Notes under the pieces: model-generated
Told to the model about the DNA's origin: nothing
Seen by the model: the letters and a program-made list of their open reading frames with translations, nothing else
Databases searched by the model: none
Program-made: the position numbers and the translations under genes
Origin: a virus
Direction: 5' to 3' (one strand)
Virus record (IMG/VR): IMGVR_UViG_3300042305_000730
Span: 32,979-96,978 of that record
Length of the DNA stretch: 64,000 bases
Part shown: positions 43,972 to 53,903 of the stretch, piece after piece
Layout of the letters: the number at the start of each line of letters is the position of its first letter
Numbering within the stretch: the stretch's first letter is position 1

Positions 43972-45208
43972 CTTTATCATCCCCTTCTTCTCCCACTTCT
44001 GTAAAGTCCATGTTTGCCCAATCCCAGTTGATCCTAATTTCGCCAAGTGGTGCTGAACGAGCAAGGACGACACGAATGATTCCCTGATTCTCAATGTCAG
44101 GGTCAGACTCAACAGCAAGCACAAGGTCGGAGTCTTGGGCAAATGAAGAGGTGTAGCCAATAGAGTCTGCGGTTACCCTCCTGGACTTCTTGTTACCCAA
44201 CTTCCAAGACAAGACTTGAGTAGTACCTACAACAGGAATATCTTGGTTTTGGGCAAGGCGCTTTAATGCACGGGTGATATTGGTGAGCGCCTGTGGACTA
44301 CCTTTGGGCTCTCCTTGCTCATCGTCCATCAAGTACACACCGTCAATAAACAGAATGTCAGGTTGGTATTCCCGTACCTTCGCCGTGAGTGCGCTAACGG
44401 TCGTAACAGATGCGGTGTCCTCGGTAATTACAAAAGGATGCATGTTCTTACGCATACGCAAGGTTTCACGAACCTTTTCAAACTCTTGGTCAGATAATGA
44501 CGCACGCAGAATATTGCTATATGGAACCTTAGCAACAATTGCGTCATAACGTGCTGCTTGCTCTTCGGCTGACATTTCAAAAGATACAAACAGTGGGCGC
44601 TTACCATGAATGTGTGCAGCATTAGCCATCATCAAAGTCATCAACGACTTACCCTTTTTGGCCTCACCAACAAAAGTAATCAACTGCTGAGGGCGGAGAC
44701 CAGAAGTAATCCTGTCAAGACCTTGGATACCCGTAGGGATTCCACGAATAGCATTTGGCATTTTACGAAGTTCATCGTATTTGTCAACACGCTCTTCCCA
44801 AGTCTCAATTAAGTTGACATCTCGCAAGCGAGCAACATCAGCCCCAGCCTTCTGAACACCAGCCGCTAATATTTTAAATGCTTCAGTGGTATCCCCACTT
44901 TGGATGGAAGGCATTGCCGCAGACATCGCTTCAACCAAGTTGCGATGGCGATATGTCGCATAGATTTCTGTAACAAGTGCGCTAAACGGTTCACCTTTAG
45001 CATCAAGAAACTTAATATCACCAAACTCTTGCTTGATAGCACGGGTGGTTGGAACCTCACCATGCTCCCTCCAAAAAGAAACCAACCATTCCCAAACAAT
45101 TGCCCACTCGGAAGTAAAGTGATGTGCTTTAACCCCATGCTTCATGGAGTACGAAAGGTCTTGCTCCTGAACTACTTTGCTAATTAATAGTTGTTCTGCA
45201 CTAGCCAT
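43943..45208 (-). CDS. dnaB: DnaB-like replicative helicase
   Basis: IPTG...LDRITSGL, GEAKKGKS, SFEM, FIDGVYLM, QDSD. Confidence 0.9.
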   Translation of the reverse strand: MASAEQLLISKVVQEQDLSYSMKHGVKAHHFTSEWAIVWEWLVSFWREHGEVPTTRAIKQEFGDIKFLDAKGEPFSALVTEIYATYRHRNLVEAMSAAMPSIQSGDTTEAFKILAAGVQKAGADVARLRDVNLIETWEERVDKYDELRKMPNAIRGIPTGIQGLDRITSGLRPQQLITFVGEAKKGKSLMTLMMANAAHIHGKRPLFVSFEMSAEEQAARYDAIVAKVPYSNILRASLSDQEFEKVRETLRMRKNMHPFVITEDTASVTTVSALTAKVREYQPDILFIDGVYLMDDEQGEPKGSPQALTNITRALKRLAQNQDIPVVGTTQVLSWKLGNKKSRRVTADSIGYTSSFAQDSDLVLAVESDPDIENQGIIRVVLARSAPLGEIRINWDWANMDFTEVGEEGDDKDDDRDNWYY

Positions 45209-45651
45209 CAGAGCGACCATGCGGTGTTCGTAGACACCACGGTTGCACGCATACCAATCACCTTCGCCTGTTCTTGATCTGCTGTGTATATCTTTGTAAT
45301 ACCCCTATTGAATTGCAATTCAAAAGCAAGGTCATTAATGTTGTCAAATGAAACCACGTTCGTAGATATTCCCTTCTTTAATAGCCACCTGTCTACTGCT
45401 TCCGCAAAGCCAGGGGGGAGCAGTGTATACACCTCCGTACCAACACCCAACCTGTGGATTGAATCACTTAGATGTTTAACAGGCAGTGTGTTTGTCTGCC
45501 ACATCTTAAGATACGCATCCCACTTCTCACTTTTTAATAAATAACTAGCCTTAATTTTTTCAAGTTTTCCTGTTGGCTCAGAGGCAAGCACTCCCTCAAA
45601 CATTGTTGCCTGCACACGAGGAGCATAGGAAGCAAGATCATTACCCTGCAT
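45208..45651 (-). CDS. hypothetical protein, possible HAD-like fold
   Basis: MQGNDL...MFEGVLA. Confidence 0.55.
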   Translation of the reverse strand: MQGNDLASYAPRVQATMFEGVLASEPTGKLEKIKASYLLKSEKWDAYLKMWQTNTLPVKHLSDSIHRLGVGTEVYTLLPPGFAEAVDRWLLKKGISTNVVSFDNINDLAFELQFNRGITKIYTADQEQAKVIGMRATVVSTNTAWSL

Positions 45652-46282
45652 GTTGTGTGACTCGGTAATCCTTTCCTTCAAACGGAATCTGTAATGTAGC
45701 ATCTTGCAAAATAGATGCAAGTCGTGGGCCGTAATTAACGCCGATAGAAGCAATACTCATTTCAGAGGTAACAATCGTAATCAACTTCTGTTCGTATCGG
45801 CTATTGAGCAAAGAAGAAACAGCGTTCTTAGTAAAGTCTGTTTTCTTCTCCCCACCAAGACCGTCTAGAACAACAATGTCAAAGACTGAGTTGATGTACT
45901 TCAGCAAGTACGGGTCACCATACTCGTCAGGGAGTTCCCCGTCAGAACGTAGTTCATCGTAGGTTGCCGCAATAAACTTCTCAGCGGTGATAAAGAAACC
46001 ACCCAACTGATGCTTGTGTAACAACTCAGAAAGAAGCGCTGCTGCTAGATGGGTCTTCCCTGTTCCTGTAGCACCGCAGAAATATAAACCTTCGCCACTC
46101 TCTAGGTTTTCTTCAATGTTGGATGCCCATCCACGAATGGCTTGGGTAACACCCCAACTACCAACCTCATCATCGTAAGAGTCAATCGTTTTATCTAAGT
46201 ACCTTTTTGGAATGTGAGCATTACTTACCCGCTCTTTTGGTGAACGGTTCCGCCAGTATCGTGGTCCATGCCAATCAGTCAT
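45641..46282 (-). CDS. DnaC/IstB-like AAA+ helicase loader
   Basis: IPKRY, GATGTGKTHLA, VVLDGLG.E, TIVTS. Confidence 0.85.
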   Translation of the reverse strand: MTDWHGPRYWRNRSPKERVSNAHIPKRYLDKTIDSYDDEVGSWGVTQAIRGWASNIEENLESGEGLYFCGATGTGKTHLAAALLSELLHKHQLGGFFITAEKFIAATYDELRSDGELPDEYGDPYLLKYINSVFDIVVLDGLGGEKKTDFTKNAVSSLLNSRYEQKLITIVTSEMSIASIGVNYGPRLASILQDATLQIPFEGKDYRVTQHAG

Positions 46283-46694
46283 GTAGGTACTTCTCCAATC
46301 GTGGGTCAAACTTAACCTGCTCAGAATCTACGGGAAGAATATCGGAAGTAATCCGTTTAAACAACCCTCCACGGCGACGGACAAATGCGAGCCAAGGAAC
46401 TTCTTGATTTGTTAATGGCGTGCGCTTGATGTCTTCTGCAAACAAATCAATCATGCGGTAGATCTGATCAGTTGTTACCGATTTAGATAACATCTCTTTA
46501 AAAACCTTCATCAGAGCAGGTCCGTTTACAGGGGCGTTCAGCGTCATGTTTGTACTTGTAGTGACATCACGAAAATAACGCAGTACGTGGGTCAGTCCCG
46601 TTTTGTTCTTACTAGGGACAACTTGTGTGGGTTCATCCGCTCCTATCGGAGTGACATCCCAATCATCATTTTTCTTTTGGCGTGTAATGGGCAA
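46275..46694 (-). CDS. hypothetical protein
   Basis: ORF in replication operon. Confidence 0.6.
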   Translation of the reverse strand: MPITRQKKNDDWDVTPIGADEPTQVVPSKNKTGLTHVLRYFRDVTTSTNMTLNAPVNGPALMKVFKEMLSKSVTTDQIYRMIDLFAEDIKRTPLTNQEVPWLAFVRRRGGLFKRITSDILPVDSEQVKFDPRLEKYLHD

Positions 46695-46857
46695 CCCTCA
46701 CTTTTTTACCATCGGCTACGGGTTCCTCTGACAGTTCCCTGCCTTTAACTGTCCTGCCTTTTTCATCTAGGACTTGGACCTCGTGGTCCCACATCCATTT
46801 CATAGTTCGTTTCATAAGTAACCTTTCTATTGGGGAGTTTTTAACTGACGTTGCCAT
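46666..46857 (-). CDS. small hypothetical protein
   Basis: Fills the gap; start uncertain. Confidence 0.45.
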   Translation of the reverse strand: MATSVKNSPIERLLMKRTMKWMWDHEVQVLDEKGRTVKGRELSEEPVADGKKVRVAHYTPKEK

Positions 46858-47333
46858 CTAGGGTCTGACAAGAATAAAGCATCTTTCTTTTTCCTTTTCT
46901 GCTTCCCCTCTAGGTTAAGATTAATCTCTCTAGATTGGGTGTCAGCAGTGACACCCTCCGAGGGTGTCCCCAGTGACACCCCGCTAGTGTCACCAGTGAC
47001 ACTACTAATGGTGTCTCCAGTGACACTACTCCGAGTAATTGGGTTGTTGAAATCAACCCGATAAAGGTTTGTCATGTTCCTACCCGTCCTACTCTTTCGG
47101 ACAGTCTTGATAACCGCCCCAGATGCTTCAATGCGGTTCATTGCCCGAATAACAGTCCTGCGGTCATAACCTGTTAGTTCTGCTAGGTGATCGTAGGACG
47201 TAGTGATTTCTTGCCGATCACCACTCATGTACGTCAGGGCGTGGATTAGTACACACAGAGCCACTGCATCTTGACCCAAGTATTCCAAGACCCATCGTGG
47301 TACTGGTATGAATTGCCCATTTAACTTCGCCAT
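46827..47333 (-). CDS. winged-HTH replication initiator
   Basis: F..VPRW...SYDHLAELTG.DRRTVIRA...NLY, followed by internal iterons. Confidence 0.75.
   Translation of the reverse strand: MAKLNGQFIPVPRWVLEYLGQDAVALCVLIHALTYMSGDRQEITTSYDHLAELTGYDRRTVIRAMNRIEASGAVIKTVRKSRTGRNMTNLYRVDFNNPITRSSVTGDTISSVTGDTSGVSLGTPSEGVTADTQSREINLNLEGKQKRKKKDALFLSDPRWQRQLKTPQ
46939..47026. repeat. four 16-bp iterons GTGTC-NN-CAGT-GACAC (probable replication origin)
   Basis: Copies start at 46939, 46964, 46987, 47011; one is out of codon phase. Confidence 0.8.
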
Positions 47334-47335
47334 AT

Positions 47336-47364
47336 TTGCTTCCTTCTATTTGTCATGTTATAGT
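47336..47364 (+). promoter_or_regulatory. sigma-A-type promoter TTGCTT-N17-TATAGT with extended TG
   Basis: Overlaps the initiator RBS on the opposite strand. Confidence 0.6.
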
Positions 47365-47370
47365 TCTTGT

Positions 47371-47476
47371 ACGGGGTTCCCCTTCGCCCCCAGCCTTGCC
47401 TGCGTTTACGCAGGTGGATATGGCGCTTGTGGTAAGGGTGCTGGTGATTTCCCCTTCTTTGATCCAGCACCCCCCA
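47371..47476 (+). ncRNA. candidate counter-transcript sRNA
   Basis: Three hairpins, two with TTCCCCTTC loops; no ORF. Confidence 0.45.
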
Positions 47477-47480
47477 CGAG

Positions 47481-48098
47481 TTAATTCAAGAGGCTCTGTA
47501 AGGTTTTGATAGGTATGGCTCTTGCTTCCATAGAACCATCCACAAAGGTAACCACCAGTTGGACCATTGAGATCAGCCCTAAGTCCTCCTCAGAGAAAAG
47601 GGGTACTGGGATACCCAAATCCCTTTTGAGCGCATCCTGGGGGCTCCTAGGGGCCTCTACGGGCTCGTTAGCGTTGGGCTCATCGTCAGTTACCCAGATA
47701 GGCACCAAACCATTAGTCAAGTCCTGCAGCATCATCCCAAGCCTGTCTCCCTCAAAGATAATACTTTGGGTCATTTGGGTAGGGTTTTCTTGTTCGTCTG
47801 CGTCAAACAGTACAAGGATATGGGCTTTAGAGTTGATCTTCAGGGTGTCCAAGATCAAATCGTCTACTGCTATGACATTGGTAGCCGCTTGCATAATGGT
47901 GGGGTGCACCCTGCCCGAAGCAAAGTAAACAGTAAAGTCCGCACCGTAGTCCACTAACCAATCCAATACCCGTGCTTGACCAGCAGTGGGCCTACCCGAC
48001 CACATGTAGTGGAACTTTGCACCCTCTTTGACATCTCCTAAACCCGCTTCAATTACGTTTGCTGCAGCATTCCCCGTACCACCAATAATGTATTCCAT
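47481..48098 (-). CDS. hypothetical protein
   Basis: 205 aa, SD AGGA. Confidence 0.7.
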   Translation of the reverse strand: MEYIIGGTGNAAANVIEAGLGDVKEGAKFHYMWSGRPTAGQARVLDWLVDYGADFTVYFASGRVHPTIMQAATNVIAVDDLILDTLKINSKAHILVLFDADEQENPTQMTQSIIFEGDRLGMMLQDLTNGLVPIWVTDDEPNANEPVEAPRSPQDALKRDLGIPVPLFSEEDLGLISMVQLVVTFVDGSMEARAIPIKTLQSLLN

Positions 48099-48121
48099 GT
48101 TGTTTCCTGTTCTTGGTATTG

Positions 48122-48376
48122 TTATTTGACTACTCGCCTACTTAACATGTCCCCTAAGAGGGTGAGTAAGCGTAGCAGAGAGTGTACTGTTCCTGCAAGG
48201 CTGGCTACTGCTAATCCTGTAATCCAACGATCAGGGAAATGTAAGATAAAAGTAGAGCCATAAGCCAAGACCACACCAAACAAAACTTTAACCCAAGGCA
48301 TTGCTTCACGTGGGGAAAGTGCGTCTGCAATTTGAACCAGTTTGTATACGGCTAATGCACAAATTAAGTAATTCAT
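48122..48376 (-). CDS. small membrane protein, possible holin
   Basis: About three hydrophobic segments with a basic C-terminus, at the end of the tail operon. Confidence 0.5.
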   Translation of the reverse strand: MNYLICALAVYKLVQIADALSPREAMPWVKVLFGVVLAYGSTFILHFPDRWITGLAVASLAGTVHSLLRLLTLLGDMLSRRVVK

Positions 48377-50019
48377 CACGTCTTTCCAGGAATCCAATCA
48401 AATTGTATTGTGTAATCAATGTTGGTATCAAGCAACATTGTTACAGGTAATAGTTGAGGTAGCAACCTAGTTATTGCATTATTTACTTTTTTCTTGTTTG
48501 TAGAGTAAACGGAGTAAGAAGCATACGTGCTCCCTGACCAAGCGTGGTCAGAGAAATTGTCTTGGTAAACAAAACCACCAAAATCTGAAGAGCCGTTAAA
48601 GAACTCACCATACTTCCCAGGTTCTACCATCCATTGAGATACCGTGGTACTTTCACCTGGTTGGAGTGAAAAAATCATTACAGGGTACCGTGTTGTTGTT
48701 GTTGCCAGCACTGGCATTTTTATAACCAAACGGGAACTTGGTGTAAGTTCTTCAGATATACCACTTTCCTCAAATTGAGACTCAGTATTCCAAGTTGTCC
48801 ATGAGGCTGATGCTGACCATTGTGCACCATGGATAATGCCATCACCTACTACTTTGGCAGATGACCAGTACTCTACATCGGCTGCTACGGGAACTTCTAT
48901 TAAAGAAGTTAAGGCAAACTGCACTGATGCCGAATCGGTATTAGTTACAATTAAGTTTTCACCAGATTTGGTAAAAGTGCAGGAGGCACTAGAGGAACTA
49001 AATTCCCACTTCTTAGTGCCAGACTCAACAACAAACAAAGAGTCAGCAACTAAGTTTGCTTTCTCAGCGTAGACACGAAAAGTGTATCTGGGTGAAACTG
49101 GTGACTCAACTACATCCACTTGGCAACCACTTAATGCGGTCATGTATTGTTTAATGGAACTGATTGTTCCCTTTTGTTGTCGGTAATAACCGATGTCTTG
49201 AAGTATTTGACGAAGGCGGGATGTTCCAATTTCTTTAGAAGTAACCTCTAAAGCAAACATATCAGCCAAGGCATCAATAGATTGGGATTCATTTACCGAT
49301 GGGTCATACTGTGTCATTACGCTATTTATTAAAGTTCTTGTTTTATCTAATTCAAAACTAAAGATACTTAAAAATCTAGATAATTGTCCACGACCTAAAC
49401 CACTTGGGTCTAGATTTGCGCCAGCAGTGTCACCAACCCGATATTGTGCTGGGATTCTGTTCCAAAGTTGATCATATGAACCATAGTCTTTTGGAATAAG
49501 TTCCTGTAATGTGGTCATTCTTTCGTACCAATTTACTCCTGTAATTCCTGCTCCATTTTGATTCCAATGGATAAACAAAGAATAATAAGCCCAAGTTTCT
49601 ATACTATTTGTAGATAAACCTGTATGTTCAAATGCATAGTCAATATCAAAATACTTTTGCGTTTTTATGACTATTCCGTCTGCAACCGTTTCAGGAAACC
49701 CCGTAGGAGAATACACAATGACTATTTCAAACGGTTTTGTTTCTCCTTCTAAAATAGTTAATTTATCTGTTAATGCTATTTCTGTCCAGTCTAATTTAAC
49801 AGTGTCATAATCTGTAGCAGTTGCTGAAAAGGTAACAGTAGTTGTTAGTTCAGCAACGGCTGTTACAAACGCATCTGCCCTTAGTGCAAAGTCTGAATCT
49901 AGACGTGTTAACCCTGGAGGTGCGGTGGTTTCATCACCACGCACATACGAACCAAATGGGTTTGCATCGGGACTAGCAACAAGGTCTACACGCCTTAATT
50001 TAAAGGAAGAGTATGCCAT
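48376..50019 (-). CDS. baseplate wedge / tail protein (P2 gpI-like domain)
   Basis: LWNRIPAQY...LSRFL...YYRQQKGT; follows the gpJ-like gene. Confidence 0.7.
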   Translation of the reverse strand: MAYSSFKLRRVDLVASPDANPFGSYVRGDETTAPPGLTRLDSDFALRADAFVTAVAELTTTVTFSATATDYDTVKLDWTEIALTDKLTILEGETKPFEIVIVYSPTGFPETVADGIVIKTQKYFDIDYAFEHTGLSTNSIETWAYYSLFIHWNQNGAGITGVNWYERMTTLQELIPKDYGSYDQLWNRIPAQYRVGDTAGANLDPSGLGRGQLSRFLSIFSFELDKTRTLINSVMTQYDPSVNESQSIDALADMFALEVTSKEIGTSRLRQILQDIGYYRQQKGTISSIKQYMTALSGCQVDVVESPVSPRYTFRVYAEKANLVADSLFVVESGTKKWEFSSSSASCTFTKSGENLIVTNTDSASVQFALTSLIEVPVAADVEYWSSAKVVGDGIIHGAQWSASASWTTWNTESQFEESGISEELTPSSRLVIKMPVLATTTTRYPVMIFSLQPGESTTVSQWMVEPGKYGEFFNGSSDFGGFVYQDNFSDHAWSGSTYASYSVYSTNKKKVNNAITRLLPQLLPVTMLLDTNIDYTIQFDWIPGKT

Positions 50020-50022
50020 TGC

Positions 50023-51822
50023 CTATACAACTCCACCACTTGAAGTAATGCTTAATTCTGAAAGCAAGAGCAAATTATTATCTCCTGCTTTAACACCCTT
50101 GACTACAGGGCTTAGGCCAACAGTGTCAATTACTGAAGAACTACCAGTAGTAAACCTATCTACGGTTACATAATCTACACCTGGAACATCTATGATGGCC
50201 CTATACAGGGTGCCTAGAGATATGGTTTGCCCAAAAGTAACAGCATCAAAACTAAACAAAGATTTAATGGCAAGCGTAATTGCGTCTTCAACGCTTGCTT
50301 GTACTGATGTAGCCAAGACATTTACAGTAATACTTACTTTGACAAGATCTAAGGCAACGCTTGGCATAACTACTGTGTTAACACCAACCATTTGGCGTGG
50401 CTCAATATATGAGTAAATACCATCTCGGTAGTCAGTTTCAAGACTTAATGGGCTAGTTGTAGCACTGGTTGCTAAAGTGCCATCGTAGGTTGCTTGATCA
50501 CCTAGTGCATAAATCTTTACTTGTGCATTTTGGTAAGTTGCAGACGAGGATACAGATGCAGACGTAATGTTGGCTACGTTTAGGTCATACAACAATGTAG
50601 ACCCAGTAGACCCTGTCTTAACAATAAAAGTTCCATCAAAAATATCATCAACATCAAAGACTGCAATAGTTTCACCGACAGATAAGCCATGAGCGGTGTC
50701 TGTAGTCATTGTGGCTACGCTGGCACTTACGGATTTGTTTGTAATGTACCCAGTTTTAGCAACTGCTCCTGTTACCACGCTTGCGTTTGCTTTAATAATG
50801 CCAGGGACACGTAAAGTTAAATCACGGTAATCTTGGATAGATACAGCACGATCTTGTGATCGGAATGATGCAGGTATATTTACTTGTAGCGAGTTAATAG
50901 TTTCACTATTTGTTCCACCGCTTGCTGGAGAAGTATTTGGGATAATATCAATACCATCATAAGGGGGGCCAAAAGCATTGGTTAATGACTCAAATTCAGT
51001 AATTGAGTTAGCATCAACATTTCCTGCAGAGCCACGAGACCTGCGATAACTTATTGTTATTACAGCATTTGTCGTTGGTATTTTTCCGTAAACACCATTA
51101 CCAAAAACTACAGTAGAAGTGTCATCTGCGTTTAGAACTACTGTATAAATGTTGTCTGTATTAGTTGCATCAATAAACCGATCTATTGGTGCGTAGTTAA
51201 TATTAGTACCACCAGCCCCTTCAGCAACAGAAACCGCTACTGATGTTGCAACTACTCCTATTTTGTTTAATGTAAACCTTTGTGAAGAAAGGCCGTTGCT
51301 TGTATAGGTTTGTGTAAATAGTTCACCTTCTTGTAGGGTGACAGGTATCATTGCTGACTTTGCATAGGTGGTGTACCCAAAGATACTTGTTCCAGTGTCA
51401 TTGATAGCAATAGAACGTGTAGATGTAAAGACAACGGCATCAGCACCACTAATTAGTGGATTTGCAATAAACCTTGTGTTCTTTGGTATAAGTATTGGCG
51501 TAGCATCTGTTGCTGCCGAGTTTGTTGCATTTAACGTAATAGTTGCTGTTGCTGCTGTTCTTCCAGTTGGTGTGTAGTCTAGAAGATTGGCAATTGCCAT
51601 AATGCTGGATCGTTGTGTAGCAGTAGATAAGAACGCTTCTTGCGCTGCACGATCAACATAGTAATGGAGTATGTCTCCCATGTACGCCCAAAGGTCTACC
51701 AACAACATGCCAAAATCCGAAGCATCTCGTGATGTCCACTCGGGCAATACAGACTCTGCTCGGGCTAATAGGTCTGCTTTAATTGCAAAATAGTCCCGAC
51801 TAGTGTAATCAAAAGTTGTCAT
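50023..51822 (-). CDS. baseplate wedge protein (gpJ / T4 gp6-like)
   Basis: DYTSRDY...WT.RD.SDFG.LL...D.L.YY.D; FGNG..G.IP; QDRAVS..DY. Confidence 0.9.
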   Translation of the reverse strand: MTTFDYTSRDYFAIKADLLARAESVLPEWTSRDASDFGMLLVDLWAYMGDILHYYVDRAAQEAFLSTATQRSSIMAIANLLDYTPTGRTAATATITLNATNSAATDATPILIPKNTRFIANPLISGADAVVFTSTRSIAINDTGTSIFGYTTYAKSAMIPVTLQEGELFTQTYTSNGLSSQRFTLNKIGVVATSVAVSVAEGAGGTNINYAPIDRFIDATNTDNIYTVVLNADDTSTVVFGNGVYGKIPTTNAVITISYRRSRGSAGNVDANSITEFESLTNAFGPPYDGIDIIPNTSPASGGTNSETINSLQVNIPASFRSQDRAVSIQDYRDLTLRVPGIIKANASVVTGAVAKTGYITNKSVSASVATMTTDTAHGLSVGETIAVFDVDDIFDGTFIVKTGSTGSTLLYDLNVANITSASVSSSATYQNAQVKIYALGDQATYDGTLATSATTSPLSLETDYRDGIYSYIEPRQMVGVNTVVMPSVALDLVKVSITVNVLATSVQASVEDAITLAIKSLFSFDAVTFGQTISLGTLYRAIIDVPGVDYVTVDRFTTGSSSVIDTVGLSPVVKGVKAGDNNLLLLSELSITSSGGVV

Positions 51823-52229
51823 AAGTTCGTTTCCTCGGTAAGAAATAGTGGGGATACTAAATTAAATGTTGCACTAGTAATTTCATTGTTTGGTGGCACT
51901 GCATACAAAACTTCAATCATTTGGGTATTATCGGGAATATCTCCCCTTGATGTGGGGTTTACCAAGTTAATATCTACAATGTTTACACCAGATATATTAG
52001 TAAGTAAGCCGTCATGAAGTTCTCTTTTGTATTCACTGAACACCAACAAGTCATAGTTTTCAAAAACTAAAGTTTGACTGTTTCCACCATATGCTGGGTT
52101 CATAGGTCTTTCAAACTCTTGTGTAAGTACATAGTCTCTTATCTTTTGTCCTAGTTCTTTTTCAAGATCAGTTTCTTTAGATATCTTCCCCGATGTTGCA
52201 ATAGAGAATGGTGTTTTAATAGTAGACAT
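51819..52229 (-). CDS. baseplate protein gp25/gpW-like
   Basis: LT...ERPMNP.YG. Confidence 0.8.
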   Translation of the reverse strand: MSTIKTPFSIATSGKISKETDLEKELGQKIRDYVLTQEFERPMNPAYGGNSQTLVFENYDLLVFSEYKRELHDGLLTNISGVNIVDINLVNPTSRGDIPDNTQMIEVLYAVPPNNEITSATFNLVSPLFLTEETNL

Positions 52230-52231
52230 AG

Positions 52232-52750
52232 TTACCTAAATATTCCTAAAAAAGAAGCGTCTTTGTATGATTGCAACTCACTATCTGATGCTACACCACC
52301 AAAAGTAAAAGTAACATTGCTTCCAGTGGTAATGGACCCCGTACTGGACATGCTCATAGTGTCAGCACCATCAATGTTAATAGTCAGTAGTGTTATTGCG
52401 TCTGCGGCATAATTTGCATTAGTTCCTACCCATTTATTAATGGCACTGTTCCATACAGGTACAGAACCAGATGAAGGTGTTGGTATATCTACATCTACTA
52501 AATCTGTTAAATCCAATGATGGGTTATCAACCTGTACCCAAAAGATATTAGTAAAACTATCATCATCAGAAGTTACTACGATCTGTTCACCTACATCAGG
52601 TACATGCCAAACACCATTTATTGCTTTTCTTCCTACACGTGAAATATCTAAAGCAGTGCCAGAACCAAATTTGGCAGGTATCCGCACACGAATATCACCA
52701 GTAGCGGCATTAGCCTGTGTAACAATTGCTCTATGGGTGTTAGTAGACAT
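52232..52750 (-). CDS. baseplate spike OB-fold protein (gp5/gpV-like)
   Basis: RAIV...GDIRVRIP...VPDVGEQIVV. Confidence 0.7.
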   Translation of the reverse strand: MSTNTHRAIVTQANAATGDIRVRIPAKFGSGTALDISRVGRKAINGVWHVPDVGEQIVVTSDDDSFTNIFWVQVDNPSLDLTDLVDVDIPTPSSGSVPVWNSAINKWVGTNANYAADAITLLTINIDGADTMSMSSTGSITTGSNVTFTFGGVASDSELQSYKDASFLGIFR

Positions 52751-53903
52751 ATGAAAATTCCTTAGAGGTTTCCCATATTTTATTTTGTAACACTGGTTTA
52801 GGTGGGGCAATATATGATTTGCCTTCTTTTGTAAGCATTGGCGCTAAGTTAGTAGAATCAGTTTTAATATGTAAATAAGTTATGTAGTTTTCTACGTTAA
52901 TTAAATGGCGTACATCTTGGACAATCCAGTAACCATCAAATTCAGAATTGTATTTACTAATCTCTACAATTGATCCTGGTAGTAGGGTAGAGATGCCAGA
53001 CACAACAAGGTCTGCGTGGAACGGCAGTGCTTTCTTAACATACCCTTCGGTAAGTTGCTTTAGCGTATTAATAGAAGTTGCTTGTAATGTTATTTCCTGG
53101 GTGAACCTTCCATGAACTGGTTGGCCTAGACCACTTGAGGCAGTAGCCCCTGAAACATTTTGAAGTGTTTTACCTTTGGGTGTTAATGTTTTTAGTAAGT
53201 AGTTGTAACTATCACCATCAGGAGTTATGTCTCCAAAGGTTCCATTGAACTCCATAATTACACCAGGCACTCTTTTCTTACCATCGTCACCTTCTGGAGA
53301 GTGCAAAACTGTGGGTACCTGCCCTCGGTAGTAATTAGAAAATGGGTCATATATGTTTAGGTGAGCGTTTGATGCAGTTACGTAATACCCCAATTTGTTA
53401 GCACTATCTACTAATACTTCCCAATCTGATTTGTTGCTTTGATCAATTACTGGAAAAACATAAGAGTTATTGGGAACTGAATATGAAAAATTGTACTTTG
53501 TTGCTAGTTTTTTTACTAAGGCTGGTAACGAAGTGTTCTTGTACACAGCGCTTTTTGGGGGTTTCATTTCGTAACTTGTTCCAAAGCAAACCACTTTTGC
53601 TTCTTGGATAAGGGAATCGTTAACAGAACCCATGCGGGAGTATGCGCCAATCTCTACATAAGCAACATACCCATTAAACTCTATTACGTTAGCCGTATTG
53701 TTTCCAAAGGTAATTGTTACGGGAAGTCCACGGTAGGCAGTAACTGCGGCTGCAGGGAAACCTGAATAAGTAATGGTTGCAATGTCATGTTTGTTTTCTG
53801 AATAAGATAACTCAACAGAGGCAACTTGGGAGTCAGGAACAGAACCACCAACAATGTCGGTAGTGATAATTGGGGCATCATTAAAAGGAAACCGAGTAAT
53901 CAT
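52740..53903 (-). CDS. baseplate hub (gpD/gp27-like)
   Basis: Q.NKSDWEVL..A..LGY; PG..V......FDGYWIV..V.H. Confidence 0.8.
   Translation of the reverse strand: MITRFPFNDAPIITTDIVGGSVPDSQVASVELSYSENKHDIATITYSGFPAAAVTAYRGLPVTITFGNNTANVIEFNGYVAYVEIGAYSRMGSVNDSLIQEAKVVCFGTSYEMKPPKSAVYKNTSLPALVKKLATKYNFSYSVPNNSYVFPVIDQSNKSDWEVLVDSANKLGYYVTASNAHLNIYDPFSNYYRGQVPTVLHSPEGDDGKKRVPGVIMEFNGTFGDITPDGDSYNYLLKTLTPKGKTLQNVSGATASSGLGQPVHGRFTQEITLQATSINTLKQLTEGYVKKALPFHADLVVSGISTLLPGSIVEISKYNSEFDGYWIVQDVRHLINVENYITYLHIKTDSTNLAPMLTKEGKSYIAPPKPVLQNKIWETSKEFSYVY

Noticed and set aside
35840-45208. Inteins or introns in recA, polA, dnaB or the helicases
   Set aside because: Lengths are normal and motifs contiguous; no intein C/HN or LAGLIDADG signatures seen.
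46939-47026. Mini CRISPR array or protein repeat
   Set aside because: Spacers are only 7-9 bp and one copy is out of frame; iterons fit better.
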